Origin: an uncultured Candidatus Peribacteria bacterium | GTDB lineage: Bacteria; Patescibacteriota; Gracilibacteria; Peribacterales; Peribacteraceae | NCBI GenBank assembly: GCA_964506185.1 | Contig: CAZDKL010000001.1 | Location: 23,196 to 87,195 of the forward strand | Length of the DNA stretch: 64,000 nucleotides | Direction: 5' to 3' | Part shown: piece after piece, positions 34,162 to 42,628 of the stretch | Layout of the letters: each line of letters opens with the position of its first letter | Numbering within the stretch: the stretch's first letter is position 1 | Position numbers and translations under genes: made by a program | Notes under the pieces: generated by a model | The model's input: the letters and a program-made list of their open reading frames with translations, nothing else | Database searches by the model: none | What the model was told of the DNA's origin: nothing

Positions 34162-34288
34162 GACAATTGACACGGGCGCTTCGCGCCCTCTTAACAGTTA
34201 ACAATTAACTATTTGTTGGTTGTTAACTGTTAATTGTTAATTGTTAAAAGCGAGTCCCGCAAGCGCGGGACGATCGTGTTAACTGTCG
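34162..34288. repeat. word-palindrome repeat, TTAACAGTTAACAATTAAC family, copy 1, with two GC tetraloop hairpins
   Basis: GGGCGC-ttcg-CGCCC; then ttaacagttaacaattaac facing gttaactgttaattgttaattgttaa; then GTCCCGC-aagc-GCGGGAC. Confidence 0.8.
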
Positions 34289-34459
34289 TATTAAAACAAA
34301 CCCGCAACCTGGGCGAACCATAATTACGGAATCTGTTCTGTCATCAGAAAATAAAATAAATCTTATTAACCGAAGACAACTATAGTATAGCAAACTTTAC
34401 ACATTTTCTCAATAGCCTTTTTGAGCCCAGATTTGGAAGTTTCAAGGCGTTTTAAAGGC

Positions 34460-34489
34460 GGGACTTTCCGGAATTATCCGGAAAGTCCC
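34460..34489 (-). terminator. perfect 13-bp hairpin terminator of cassette 7
   Basis: GGGACTTTCCGGA-atta-TCCGGAAAGTCCC, 31 nt after the stop at 34520. Confidence 0.55.
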
Positions 34490-34519
34490 TTGTTTCCCAT
34501 CGGAGCACTCCATTGCTCA

Positions 34520-34780
34520 TTACGACTTGCGTCCGTTCAAGTCCCCCAAAACTCTGCCTGTGGAAATGTGAATAAGGACATCTGCTTCGGTCAACCTGAC
34601 CCACATGTCATCCTCCGAAAGTCCCAGGGCAAGCCCCAACTTCATTCGGATCTGACAGTTGTAAGGTTTCTGCCATCCTCCCCTTTCGATTCCTAGGGTA
34701 AGCCGCCGAATCCAATTGGCAACACGCCTCTCGATCGGCCAAGCCGGGTACACTTTCCTGCGCATCATTACTTGCGGCAT
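34520..34780 (-). CDS. hypothetical protein, GC-rich cassette 7 (86 aa)
   Basis: AAGGAG plus 7 nt lies upstream of ATG 34780. The product is basic and Trp-rich (RRKVYPAWPIERRVANWIRRL..). I recognise no family. Confidence 0.55.
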   Translation of the reverse strand: MPQVMMRRKVYPAWPIERRVANWIRRLTLGIERGGWQKPYNCQIRMKLGLALGLSEDDMWVRLTEADVLIHISTGRVLGDLNGRKS

Positions 34781-34884
34781 CGAACATCTCCTTGCATCCT
34801 GGCGTTAAAAAGGTTTGCGCTCCAACAGGTCCCCGCACCTTTGCACAAAGAAACAGGGACCCATTGGTATCTGTGATGTAAATG

Positions 34885-34922
34885 AACAAATACAAAAACA
34901 CCTCCCTGAGGTGTAAGGGAGG
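34885..34922 (-). terminator. rho-independent-type terminator with no obvious upstream gene
   Basis: Minus strand CCTCCCT-tacacctc-AGGGAGG followed by TGTTTTTGTATTTG. The only upstream minus-strand candidate is a 25-codon ORF (34947-35024). Confidence 0.45.
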
Positions 34923-35086
34923 CTGGATACTTATTTAATAATTAATCTAACTACAGCTTCCCTCACCGTCTGTCTTAATGACGACGATGCTAAAGAGGCT
35001 GATGCAGACGCTAAGTGGGTTCATTTCGATTAGGGAAACGAATGCGCTTGTAGTTTGTTACAGAAATAAAGTACTCTGTACACACT

Positions 35087-35623
35087 TTGACTGCACGCTT
35101 GCAAATTCGGGAAAAATTCACATTCATAGAATTAGTGATTATTTTCGCTATTGTTACAATAATTGTAGCTGCAGCATTTGTCGCCATTGATCCAGCACGC
35201 CGATTGCATACTGCTCGCAATACCAACAGATTGGAGGATGTATCATCGATTCTTAATAGTATTACAAAATACCGCAATGACAACGATGGGGTATTACCTT
35301 CGACGCCAATCGCTATTGATTCAAATCCCAATACATTCCAACTCATTGGAAAAAATATTGGAGACTGTGAGAGTGCAACATGCTCAGTTCTAAAAGCAAA
35401 ACAAATTTCAACATCTGACTGCGAAGTGACAGGGCTCTATAGAGATATCCAACCTTACATTGTAAACATTCCTAAAGATCCAAAAGCAAGCAACGAAGAT
35501 AATACGCGTTATTACATTAATAAAGATAGCAATGGCTTTATTACAATCGGAGCTTGCGATGTCGAACCTGAAGGTGCTGGAGGTACTGGTATTAAGCCAA
35601 AAATTGAAGTTACCGAAAAATAA
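35087..35623 (+). CDS. type IV pilin / pseudopilin-like protein
   Basis: N-terminal methylation-type motif ..EK-FTFIELVIIFAIVTIIVAAAF. The start is uncertain: TTG 35087, or TTG 35099 giving the leader MQIREK. Confidence 0.6.
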   Translation: MTARLQIREKFTFIELVIIFAIVTIIVAAAFVAIDPARRLHTARNTNRLEDVSSILNSITKYRNDNDGVLPSTPIAIDSNPNTFQLIGKNIGDCESATCSVLKAKQISTSDCEVTGLYRDIQPYIVNIPKDPKASNEDNTRYYINKDSNGFITIGACDVEPEGAGGTGIKPKIEVTEK

Positions 35624-35630
35624 AACAGCC

Positions 35631-36548
35631 TTAAGAATCCTCCAACAACGTCCCCTCCTGCTCAACCGCCCTCCTCCCCATCTCGCATCCTTTTTTGCAT
35701 GAACTAATCAGATCCTGACCTTCATTAAGACCCGCAAGAAAACCGGCTCTAAATGCATCACCGGCTCCGGTTGGATTTATAACCTTGTCTGACTTAACAG
35801 CTGGAATTAGCTCAGATCCATCTCGTGTAACCAACAAACATCCCTTGTCACCAAGAGTTATTATAATAATTCCCTCCTCACCTCCTGACCTATTAACCTC
35901 CCCACCTAGTAGGTCAAGCACCCCCTCTTCGTCACAACCAAGTTTCTTCTTAGTTATATCCCATTCATATTCATTAACAATGAGCCCGCAACTCATACTC
36001 GTCATCCTTTCGAAAGCATCATCGCCAAAACTAATTGCCTGCTGACCGGGATCAAAAAATGCCTCCACATTATTTTCCGAGCACCACTCCATTCCCTGAA
36101 CCATTGCAGTCGTATCGCGCGCACTGATTATTGCGTAAGAAATTTCGGAAGGATCCATATCATTAGGCCATCGACCATACGAATCTGCACCAGGATGATA
36201 GAAAGCAATCTGATGTTCGGAACTATCGGTATTTATTACCGCAGTTGCAGTCACCTTGTCGGAAACAACCTGAATGCGATCTGTTGATAATCCGACTGAT
36301 TTAAACTCCTCCAAATATTCTCCCCCATCTTTTCCAACTGATCCCACTAAGACCGGATCCTGCCCCAAAACCTTGAGGCCCCATGCAATATTCGCTCCCG
36401 TACCTCCATAATGCTTGGCATAATGAGGTGAGAAATAGGAAACCGAGAGCGCCTCAAGCGCCTGAGGATCGATTGCATCGGCAAATTCGCCGTCATATCC
36501 AAGAAGGACGTCGTATGCGATTGAGCCGGTAACTAGGATCTTGCTCAT
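35631..36548 (-). CDS. PfkB-family carbohydrate/nucleoside kinase
   Basis: GGTGANIAWGL and NPTGAGDAFRAGFLAG signatures. Confidence 0.85.
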   Translation of the reverse strand: MSKILVTGSIAYDVLLGYDGEFADAIDPQALEALSVSYFSPHYAKHYGGTGANIAWGLKVLGQDPVLVGSVGKDGGEYLEEFKSVGLSTDRIQVVSDKVTATAVINTDSSEHQIAFYHPGADSYGRWPNDMDPSEISYAIISARDTTAMVQGMEWCSENNVEAFFDPGQQAISFGDDAFERMTSMSCGLIVNEYEWDITKKKLGCDEEGVLDLLGGEVNRSGGEEGIIIITLGDKGCLLVTRDGSELIPAVKSDKVINPTGAGDAFRAGFLAGLNEGQDLISSCKKGCEMGRRAVEQEGTLLEDS

Positions 36549-36615
36549 ACCAATATCTTACAGGCCTACTGCGTTAAAACTAAAATTTAATGCGTAATTT
36601 TCGTAGCTCTCGACC

Positions 36616-36631
36616 GTCTTTAGTATAGACT
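36616..36631 (+). promoter_or_regulatory. conserved 16-nt motif GTCTTTaGTATAGACT (extended -10/operator-like) upstream of ugd
   Basis: Ends 9 nt upstream of ATG 36641. 15 of 16 nt are identical to 37983-37998. Confidence 0.45.
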
Positions 36632-36640
36632 GCTCTCACT

Positions 36641-37951
36641 ATGAAAATAGCTGTAATCGGTACCGGCTATGTCGGCCTTGTTTCCGCCGCATGTTTCGCG
36701 GAATTGGGGCACGAGGTATTTGGAGTTGATATCGATAAAGAGAAGATTGAGAAGTGCAAGAGAGGCGAAAGCCCGATTTATGAACCGGGGCTGGAAGAGA
36801 TACTTAAGGAAGGATTGAGGAACGGCAGGCTTAGTTTTACCACTGATCTTACTGAAGTTCTTTCTGATGTGAAGATCGTCTTCTCTGCAGTAGCAACTCC
36901 TCCAGGAGAAGGATACAAAGCTGACCTGAGGGCTGTATTTACAGTTGCTGAAACTGTGGCACGCCACGCTGATCATGACATTGTTTTTGTAAACAAATCG
37001 ACCGTCCCAGTAGGTACCGGGAAACTATGCGAAGAGAAGATTGCCGGGGTTCTTAAAGAAAGAGGAGTCAACTATCAGGTTCCGGTTGTTTCTAATCCGG
37101 AATTCCTGCGTGAAGGAATGGCAGTAAGCGACACAATCATGCCTGACCGTGTTGTCGTCGGTGTTAATCACAACCAGTGGGCAAAAGATCTTATGGAAGA
37201 GCTTTACAGGCCCATTACAAGAGTCGGAAAACCTCTTGTCTTCATGAATCGCGAAAGCTCGGAGATTGTTAAGTACGCAGCTAACTCTCTTTTGGCGACC
37301 AAGATCAGTTTTATAAATATGTTGACCGAAATGACCGAAAAGACAGGTGCAAATATCAGGGACGTTGCACGAGGAGTGGGACTTGATACAAGAATCGGAC
37401 CCAGATTCCTCCATGCCGGAATCGGATATGGAGGAAGTTGTTTCCCGAAAGACGTAAAAGCGCTTCTTGCAACCGCATCTGAGCTTGGCATACCCATGGA
37501 TATCGTTGAAGCAACTGACCGAATCAATTCAAGACAAAGAAAAAGGTTCTTTAAGCAGATTGTTGACCTGCTTCCTCCTAATTCCAATGTTGGAATACTC
37601 GGGCTTTCGTTCAAACCAAAGACTGATGACATGAGAGAGGCACCGAGCCTTGATCTTATTCCTGAGCTGATCGAAAAGGGGCACAATGTAAAAGTATTTG
37701 ATCCCGCCGCAATGGAAGTAGCTAAGCCTCTCTTGCCGCCTCAGGTAACTTTCTGCAAAGACGCGCTTGAAACGGTAAAAGATGCTGATGCTGTTGCCGT
37801 GCTGACTGAGTGGGATGAGTTTAGAGGCATAGATTTGGTTCAATTGAAGAGTGATATGCGAGGCAACGATTTATTTGATGGCAGAAATGTCTATGAGCCT
37901 GATGAAGTACGCGAGGCAGGACTCCGGTATCATGGAATTGGTATTGGATAA
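36641..37951 (+). CDS. ugd: UDP-glucose 6-dehydrogenase
   Basis: MKIAVIGTGYVGLVSAACFA..GGSCFPKD (catalytic Cys), 436 aa. Confidence 0.9.
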   Translation: MKIAVIGTGYVGLVSAACFAELGHEVFGVDIDKEKIEKCKRGESPIYEPGLEEILKEGLRNGRLSFTTDLTEVLSDVKIVFSAVATPPGEGYKADLRAVFTVAETVARHADHDIVFVNKSTVPVGTGKLCEEKIAGVLKERGVNYQVPVVSNPEFLREGMAVSDTIMPDRVVVGVNHNQWAKDLMEELYRPITRVGKPLVFMNRESSEIVKYAANSLLATKISFINMLTEMTEKTGANIRDVARGVGLDTRIGPRFLHAGIGYGGSCFPKDVKALLATASELGIPMDIVEATDRINSRQRKRFFKQIVDLLPPNSNVGILGLSFKPKTDDMREAPSLDLIPELIEKGHNVKVFDPAAMEVAKPLLPPQVTFCKDALETVKDADAVAVLTEWDEFRGIDLVQLKSDMRGNDLFDGRNVYEPDEVREAGLRYHGIGIG

Positions 37952-37982
37952 AACAATCATGTAATTAATCGCATCTTCGTTC

Positions 37983-37998
37983 GTCTTTGGTATAGACT
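37983..37998 (+). promoter_or_regulatory. second copy of the motif, GTCTTTgGTATAGACT
   Basis: Ends 7 nt upstream of ATG 38006. Confidence 0.45.
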
Positions 37999-38005
37999 AC
38001 ACACA

Positions 38006-38953
38006 ATGAAAATTTTAATTACAGGAGCGGCCGGATTCATTGGGTTTCACACTGCCAAGAAGTTGCTTGAGCGCGGAGACGAAGTTGTCGGCCTCGATAA
38101 CTTCAGTCCTTACTATGATCCTAAACTTAAGGAAGCCAGAGCCGCTCAATTGGACGGTAAGCCGGGCTTTAAAATGATCCGCGGAGATATAACCGATCGC
38201 GAAACTGTAAGAGAAGCAATGAAAGGAGTTGATAGAATCTGCCACCTCGCAGCTTTGGCCGGAGTCAGATACTCGTTTGAGCATCCTGAAGAATATATTT
38301 CGAACAATATAAATGGATTCTTCGAAATTCTGGACGAAGCAAAGCAACAGGAGATTGCAGGTTTGATTTACGCGTCTTCAAGCTCTGTTTACGGAGGGAA
38401 TGAGAAAGCTCCTTCGCAGGAAGAGGACAAGGTGGACAACCAACTCTCACTTTATGGAATGACTAAGAAGGATAATGAGCTGATGGCCCACACATATAAT
38501 CATCTCTACGGAATTCCTGTAACCGGACTTAGGTTCTTTACGGTTTACGGGGAATGGGGAAGGCCCGATATGGCATTGTTTCTGTTTACTGACGCTATTT
38601 TGAATGACAGGCCCATTGATGTATTTGGGGAAGGCAAGATGCAAAGGGACTTCACATATATTGATGATATTGTTTCCGGAGTAATCGCATCAATTGATAA
38701 GAATTACGATGAAGAGATCTTTAATTTGGGATGCGGAAGAAAAGAAGAGTTGATGGAATACATTTCAACAATAGAAAAAGCTTGCGGAAAAGAAGCTGAG
38801 AAGAATTTTACGGGAATGCAGCCGGGCGATGTGCGCGTAACTTCAGCTGATATTTCACATGCTCAAGACAAATTAGATTTCGATCCTCAAACCATGATTG
38901 ATGTTGGTGTTCCTAAGTTTGTGGAGTGGTACAAGAAGTATTACAACAAGTAA
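38006..38953 (+). CDS. NAD-dependent SDR epimerase, UDP-glucuronate 4-epimerase-like
   Basis: ILITGAAGFIGFH..VVGLDNFSPYYDPKLKEARAAQL and YGMTK (YxxxK). It lies immediately downstream of ugd. Confidence 0.8.
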   Translation: MKILITGAAGFIGFHTAKKLLERGDEVVGLDNFSPYYDPKLKEARAAQLDGKPGFKMIRGDITDRETVREAMKGVDRICHLAALAGVRYSFEHPEEYISNNINGFFEILDEAKQQEIAGLIYASSSSVYGGNEKAPSQEEDKVDNQLSLYGMTKKDNELMAHTYNHLYGIPVTGLRFFTVYGEWGRPDMALFLFTDAILNDRPIDVFGEGKMQRDFTYIDDIVSGVIASIDKNYDEEIFNLGCGRKEELMEYISTIEKACGKEAEKNFTGMQPGDVRVTSADISHAQDKLDFDPQTMIDVGVPKFVEWYKKYYNK

Positions 38954-40054
38954 TTATTGCTTCTTCCAAGTGATCATCCTATTCATGGAGTAATTCCATA
39001 GGACTCCTGTTAATGCGCCGATAAATACGGCCAAAAGCTCTGTCCACCCTCGTGAGAATAGGAATGTACTCACAGCCCAGATGGCAATAGCTCCGATAAC
39101 GCATGCTGCATTGTATTTTACGAAACCTTTTGCGGCTCCAAGCCCTTTTAATTTCTGGTTTGCGAAAGTCCAGGCATTGTTAAGCAAAAAATTAAACAGG
39201 ATCGCGGTCTCCGTCGCTCCAATAACCGCCAAACTGAACCTGAACCCAGCAACGTTTAACTCCTCTCCCCCGCCTATTAATTTTGCATAACCTAAATACG
39301 CGGTCATGTGAACTCCGACTCCAAGCGTCCCAACAATGCAGAATTTTACAAAGGTAAGAGGTATGAACCTTCCGATTGTGACGTCGTATAAGTACTCCAG
39401 AAAGTCTAACTGAACTTTCCAGCTTAATTTGCTTTCACCATGTATTCGAGTGCTAAATGTGAATGGAAGCTCGACTGCTTGCGTCCCCTTTGGTGCATGG
39501 ACCAATAGATCAAGCAGTATTTTGAAGCCTTTTGGATTTAATTTCTCCAAAGCTCCCTCAAATACAGCCCTGTCCAAAGCGAAAAACCCGCTCATGGGAT
39601 CTTTGACTTTCACTTTGCAAAGAGCAAGTGCCATCTTTGTGGCAACTCTGCTTATTAACTGACGGCGCTCATCCCATTCTCCAACGCTTCCTCCCTCAAT
39701 GTAGCGCGAGCCGACTGCAAAGCCTTTGTTTTCTCTGACCGCCTTATAAAGTTCCGGTAACAAATTCATATCATGCTGTCCATCCGCATCCATTACTGCA
39801 AGTACATCTCCTTTTGCAGAAAGGAAACCATCAATGACAGCCGAGGAAAGTCCTCGCTTATCAACTCGCCTGATCACATGAACATCATCCATATCTTTGG
39901 ATACTTCCAAGCCTATTCTCCACGTCTCATCCGGTGAATTATCGTCCACAATGATTATCTCATGCGGAATATCGCGCAGAACGTCTCTGAGCTTTGGAAT
40001 AAGCACAGGAATATTCTCAGCCTCGTTATATGTAGGCAGTACTACAGAAAGCAT
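38954..40054 (-). CDS. polyprenyl-phosphate mannose/glucose synthase (GT2) fused to a C-terminal GtrA-like domain
   Basis: LSVVLPTYNEAENI..IIIVDDNSPDET..VMDADGQHD, then 4 TM segments with the GtrA-like NNAWTF motif. The start was set at ATG 40054. Confidence 0.85.
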   Translation of the reverse strand: MLSVVLPTYNEAENIPVLIPKLRDVLRDIPHEIIIVDDNSPDETWRIGLEVSKDMDDVHVIRRVDKRGLSSAVIDGFLSAKGDVLAVMDADGQHDMNLLPELYKAVRENKGFAVGSRYIEGGSVGEWDERRQLISRVATKMALALCKVKVKDPMSGFFALDRAVFEGALEKLNPKGFKILLDLLVHAPKGTQAVELPFTFSTRIHGESKLSWKVQLDFLEYLYDVTIGRFIPLTFVKFCIVGTLGVGVHMTAYLGYAKLIGGGEELNVAGFRFSLAVIGATETAILFNFLLNNAWTFANQKLKGLGAAKGFVKYNAACVIGAIAIWAVSTFLFSRGWTELLAVFIGALTGVLWNYSMNRMITWKKQ

Positions 40055-40115
40055 CTGACCTAATAATAGCGGTTTTTTGATTATAAAATACAAATATTCC
40101 AATTATTATGTCCCT

Positions 40116-40400
40116 GTGAAAAAGCTCAATCCCATTATCATCTGTGGCGCCCTAACTGTTCTCTTCAGTCTCCCGTCAATTCTTAAGATTCCAACGGTGA
40201 TGCCTTTTCTTGAATCTGAAGTACGCGCAAAAGCACCTAAGGCAATCGATAAACTTAGGAAGGAAGGAATCTGGATGGTTAATACAGATCTAAAGTCAAT
40301 TACTCAGGATGAAAAAGGAACATGCTTCCACTTCGATCACAGATATACGCCCGACAACCGACAACCAAAACCCGAAAACCGAACCACCTGCATCCAATGA
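40116..40400 (+). CDS. small secreted protein (about 94 aa)
   Basis: A GTG start at 40116 gives the signal-like KKLNPIIICGALTVLFSLPSIL. Its stop overlaps the next start (ATGA at 40397). Confidence 0.45.
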   Translation: MKKLNPIIICGALTVLFSLPSILKIPTVMPFLESEVRAKAPKAIDKLRKEGIWMVNTDLKSITQDEKGTCFHFDHRYTPDNRQPKPENRTTCIQ

Positions 40401-41674
40401 CCTGCAAATGCGCTAATAAATTTCTGTGGCTGTTAATAATTCTGGGAATCCTCCTAAGACTGACCGATGTTGCGTTCCCCGACTTCGCAACCGACGAAGC
40501 GCAGTTCGCTCTCAATGCATCCGCCGCTCAGCCGCCGGTTGGCATGTTCTTTTTTTGGCTTTCACAAGCCATTTTTGGAGCTTCCATAATTTCAGCAAGA
40601 CTTGTTTCGATAATTCTAGGCATCGCAACTATCTATCTGATTTATCAAATTGTTCTGACCTTCTCCGACAAAAAAGTTGCGCTGACTGCCGCCGCAGTCG
40701 CATCAATCTTCCCAACTCACATAATTTTCTCCAAGCTGGCTTACTTGAGTGTGCCATTATGTTTTGCATGGGCACTAACTGCTCTGATGTTTATCAAGGC
40801 AAATAAAAAACCTAATGATTCAAAACTGCTAATCGGACTATTCCTCTCATCAGTCCTTGCAACATTTATAAAGACTCAAGGATTACTCCTCCCCTTCTTC
40901 TTACTGATTGGAACCATCATCGTATCAACCAAAAATAAAAAAGCATTATCAATTATCAATTATCAATTATCAATTATTCTCGCACTGAGCCTCCTCCCCA
41001 TAACCCTCTACATTCTGACCAACCCCGGCATCGGAGCTACACTGACCTTGTATGGAGGAAACATGTACGGAGTATCCGATTTCTTAAGTAGAATTTGGAC
41101 ATTAATTCATCTTTGGTGGACTCTGATCCCACTATTATTAATCCTATTCATCCTAAGTTCTAAGTTCTACCTTCTAAGCTCTAAAAACAATTGGCCAATC
41201 TACGTCTTAATATTAACTGGAGTTTTACTAGGGCTATTGCTCGGTCCCGCCCACGAATACTACACAACCTATCTTGTTTACTGGTCTATACCAGTCGCAT
41301 TGCTTCTAAACAGAATGAAGCCATGTTGGACACCAATTATTTTGACGCTGATTGTTGTTAACACATTGTTGCTAACCGGACCCCGATCGATCTTTCTTAA
41401 CGGAAGAACTTATAAGGTTTATCAGAACGAAGGCTATTGGAATACTCATGCAACAAAAATAAATGAAGTTCTTAAGGGGGTCGATGAAGTAATTGTCCTC
41501 GGTCACCCTGGTCACCACATTCGTTGGTATCTGGAACCTCGAACACTTGTGGGTAAAAATATGGACTTAACCAATCGCAAGGGCGTCTTCCTCAATCTGA
41601 GCAAAGAACTGCCGGTAGAAGCTGTTGGCGAAGTGCTTTATGATGATGAGAAAGTGGTAATCACCAGAAAATAG
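40397..41674 (+). CDS. GT-C-type membrane glycosyltransferase (ArnT/PMT_2-like)
   Basis: LRLTDVAFPDFATDEAQFALNA first-loop motif and at least 10 TM segments. The start was set at ATG 40397. Confidence 0.7.
   Translation: MTCKCANKFLWLLIILGILLRLTDVAFPDFATDEAQFALNASAAQPPVGMFFFWLSQAIFGASIISARLVSIILGIATIYLIYQIVLTFSDKKVALTAAAVASIFPTHIIFSKLAYLSVPLCFAWALTALMFIKANKKPNDSKLLIGLFLSSVLATFIKTQGLLLPFFLLIGTIIVSTKNKKALSIINYQLSIILALSLLPITLYILTNPGIGATLTLYGGNMYGVSDFLSRIWTLIHLWWTLIPLLLILFILSSKFYLLSSKNNWPIYVLILTGVLLGLLLGPAHEYYTTYLVYWSIPVALLLNRMKPCWTPIILTLIVVNTLLLTGPRSIFLNGRTYKVYQNEGYWNTHATKINEVLKGVDEVIVLGHPGHHIRWYLEPRTLVGKNMDLTNRKGVFLNLSKELPVEAVGEVLYDDEKVVITRK
40946..40978. repeat. tandem TTATCAA heptamer array inside a coding sequence
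   Basis: ttatcaattatcaattatcaattatcaattatt encodes ..LSIINYQLSIIL.. of the GT-C protein. The words match the intergenic repeats at 17401-17431 and 25471-25500. Confidence 0.8.
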
Positions 41675-41719
41675 CATAAAAGTTGTGAAATTTTCGTATT
41701 TCAGTTTAGGATACTCGAG

Positions 41720-42628
41720 ATGAAAATATTGGTAACCGGTTCTTCGGGGACAGTCGGCACGAGGCTTTGCGAAAAGCTTCTGGAACAAGGGCACGAAGTT
41801 GTTGGTGCAGACTGGCAAAAGAACAAATGGAAGCCGGATATTAACAAGTTGACGGTTAATGTGGATCTGAGGAAGGCAAAGAAACTAAAGAAGCTTCCGA
41901 CTGATATTGATTTCATTTACCACCTGGCTGCGAATGCCAGAGTGTATGAACTTGTTAAAGAACCGGACATGGCATTGGACAACTTCCTAAGCACTTACAA
42001 TGTTCTGGAGTTTGCGCGCAAAAATAATATTAAGAGAATCGTATTCACATCATCTCGCGAAGCATACGGAAATGATGAACATGAAGTACATACTGAAGAC
42101 ATGGTCAGAGTTGATAATTGCGAAAGTCCGTACACAGCCAGCAAAATAGGAGGAGAAGCTTTGGTTTGGTCATATATTCGCTGCTATGGAATAGACGGCA
42201 TAGTAACCAGACTCTCCAACGTTTATGGAATGTACGACGAATCTGATCGCGTGGTTCCGTTGTTTATAAAACAAGCCAAAGCGAATGAGGGGATGGTAGT
42301 TTTTGGAAAAGACAAATGCCTAGATTTCACTTACATTGACGACACAATAAGCGGACTTCTGCTGATGCTGGAAAAATTTGATTCAGCCAAGAACGACACT
42401 TACAACCTGGCTTGCGAGAAAGGAACAACCATCGTTCATCTGGCAGAGAAAATTAAGGAACTTCTTGGAAGCTCTTCTGAAATCACAATAAAAGACAACA
42501 GACCGGGTGAAGTTGTTCAATATGTTGCAAACGTAGATAAGGCAAGAGAGAAACTTGGCTACAATCCTCAAACTGACTTTGAGGAAGGCATCAGGAAAAC
42601 TATCGAGTGGTACAAAAACAACGCCTAA
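41720..42628 (+). CDS. NAD-dependent epimerase/dehydratase (SDR)
   Basis: ILVTGSSGTVGTRL (modified Rossmann motif) and YTASK (YxxxK). Confidence 0.85.
   Translation: MKILVTGSSGTVGTRLCEKLLEQGHEVVGADWQKNKWKPDINKLTVNVDLRKAKKLKKLPTDIDFIYHLAANARVYELVKEPDMALDNFLSTYNVLEFARKNNIKRIVFTSSREAYGNDEHEVHTEDMVRVDNCESPYTASKIGGEALVWSYIRCYGIDGIVTRLSNVYGMYDESDRVVPLFIKQAKANEGMVVFGKDKCLDFTYIDDTISGLLLMLEKFDSAKNDTYNLACEKGTTIVHLAEKIKELLGSSSEITIKDNRPGEVVQYVANVDKAREKLGYNPQTDFEEGIRKTIEWYKNNA

Noticed and set aside
34460-34489. RNase P RNA-like GGAAAGTCC motif
   Set aside because: The motif is simply one arm of a perfect 13-bp hairpin placed right after a stop codon. No other P-RNA conserved regions are nearby.
34947-35024. 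25-codon signal-peptide-like mini-ORF as a real gene
   Set aside because: It has no SD and no convincing promoter, and it is very short. It is mentioned only as the sole candidate upstream of the orphan terminator.
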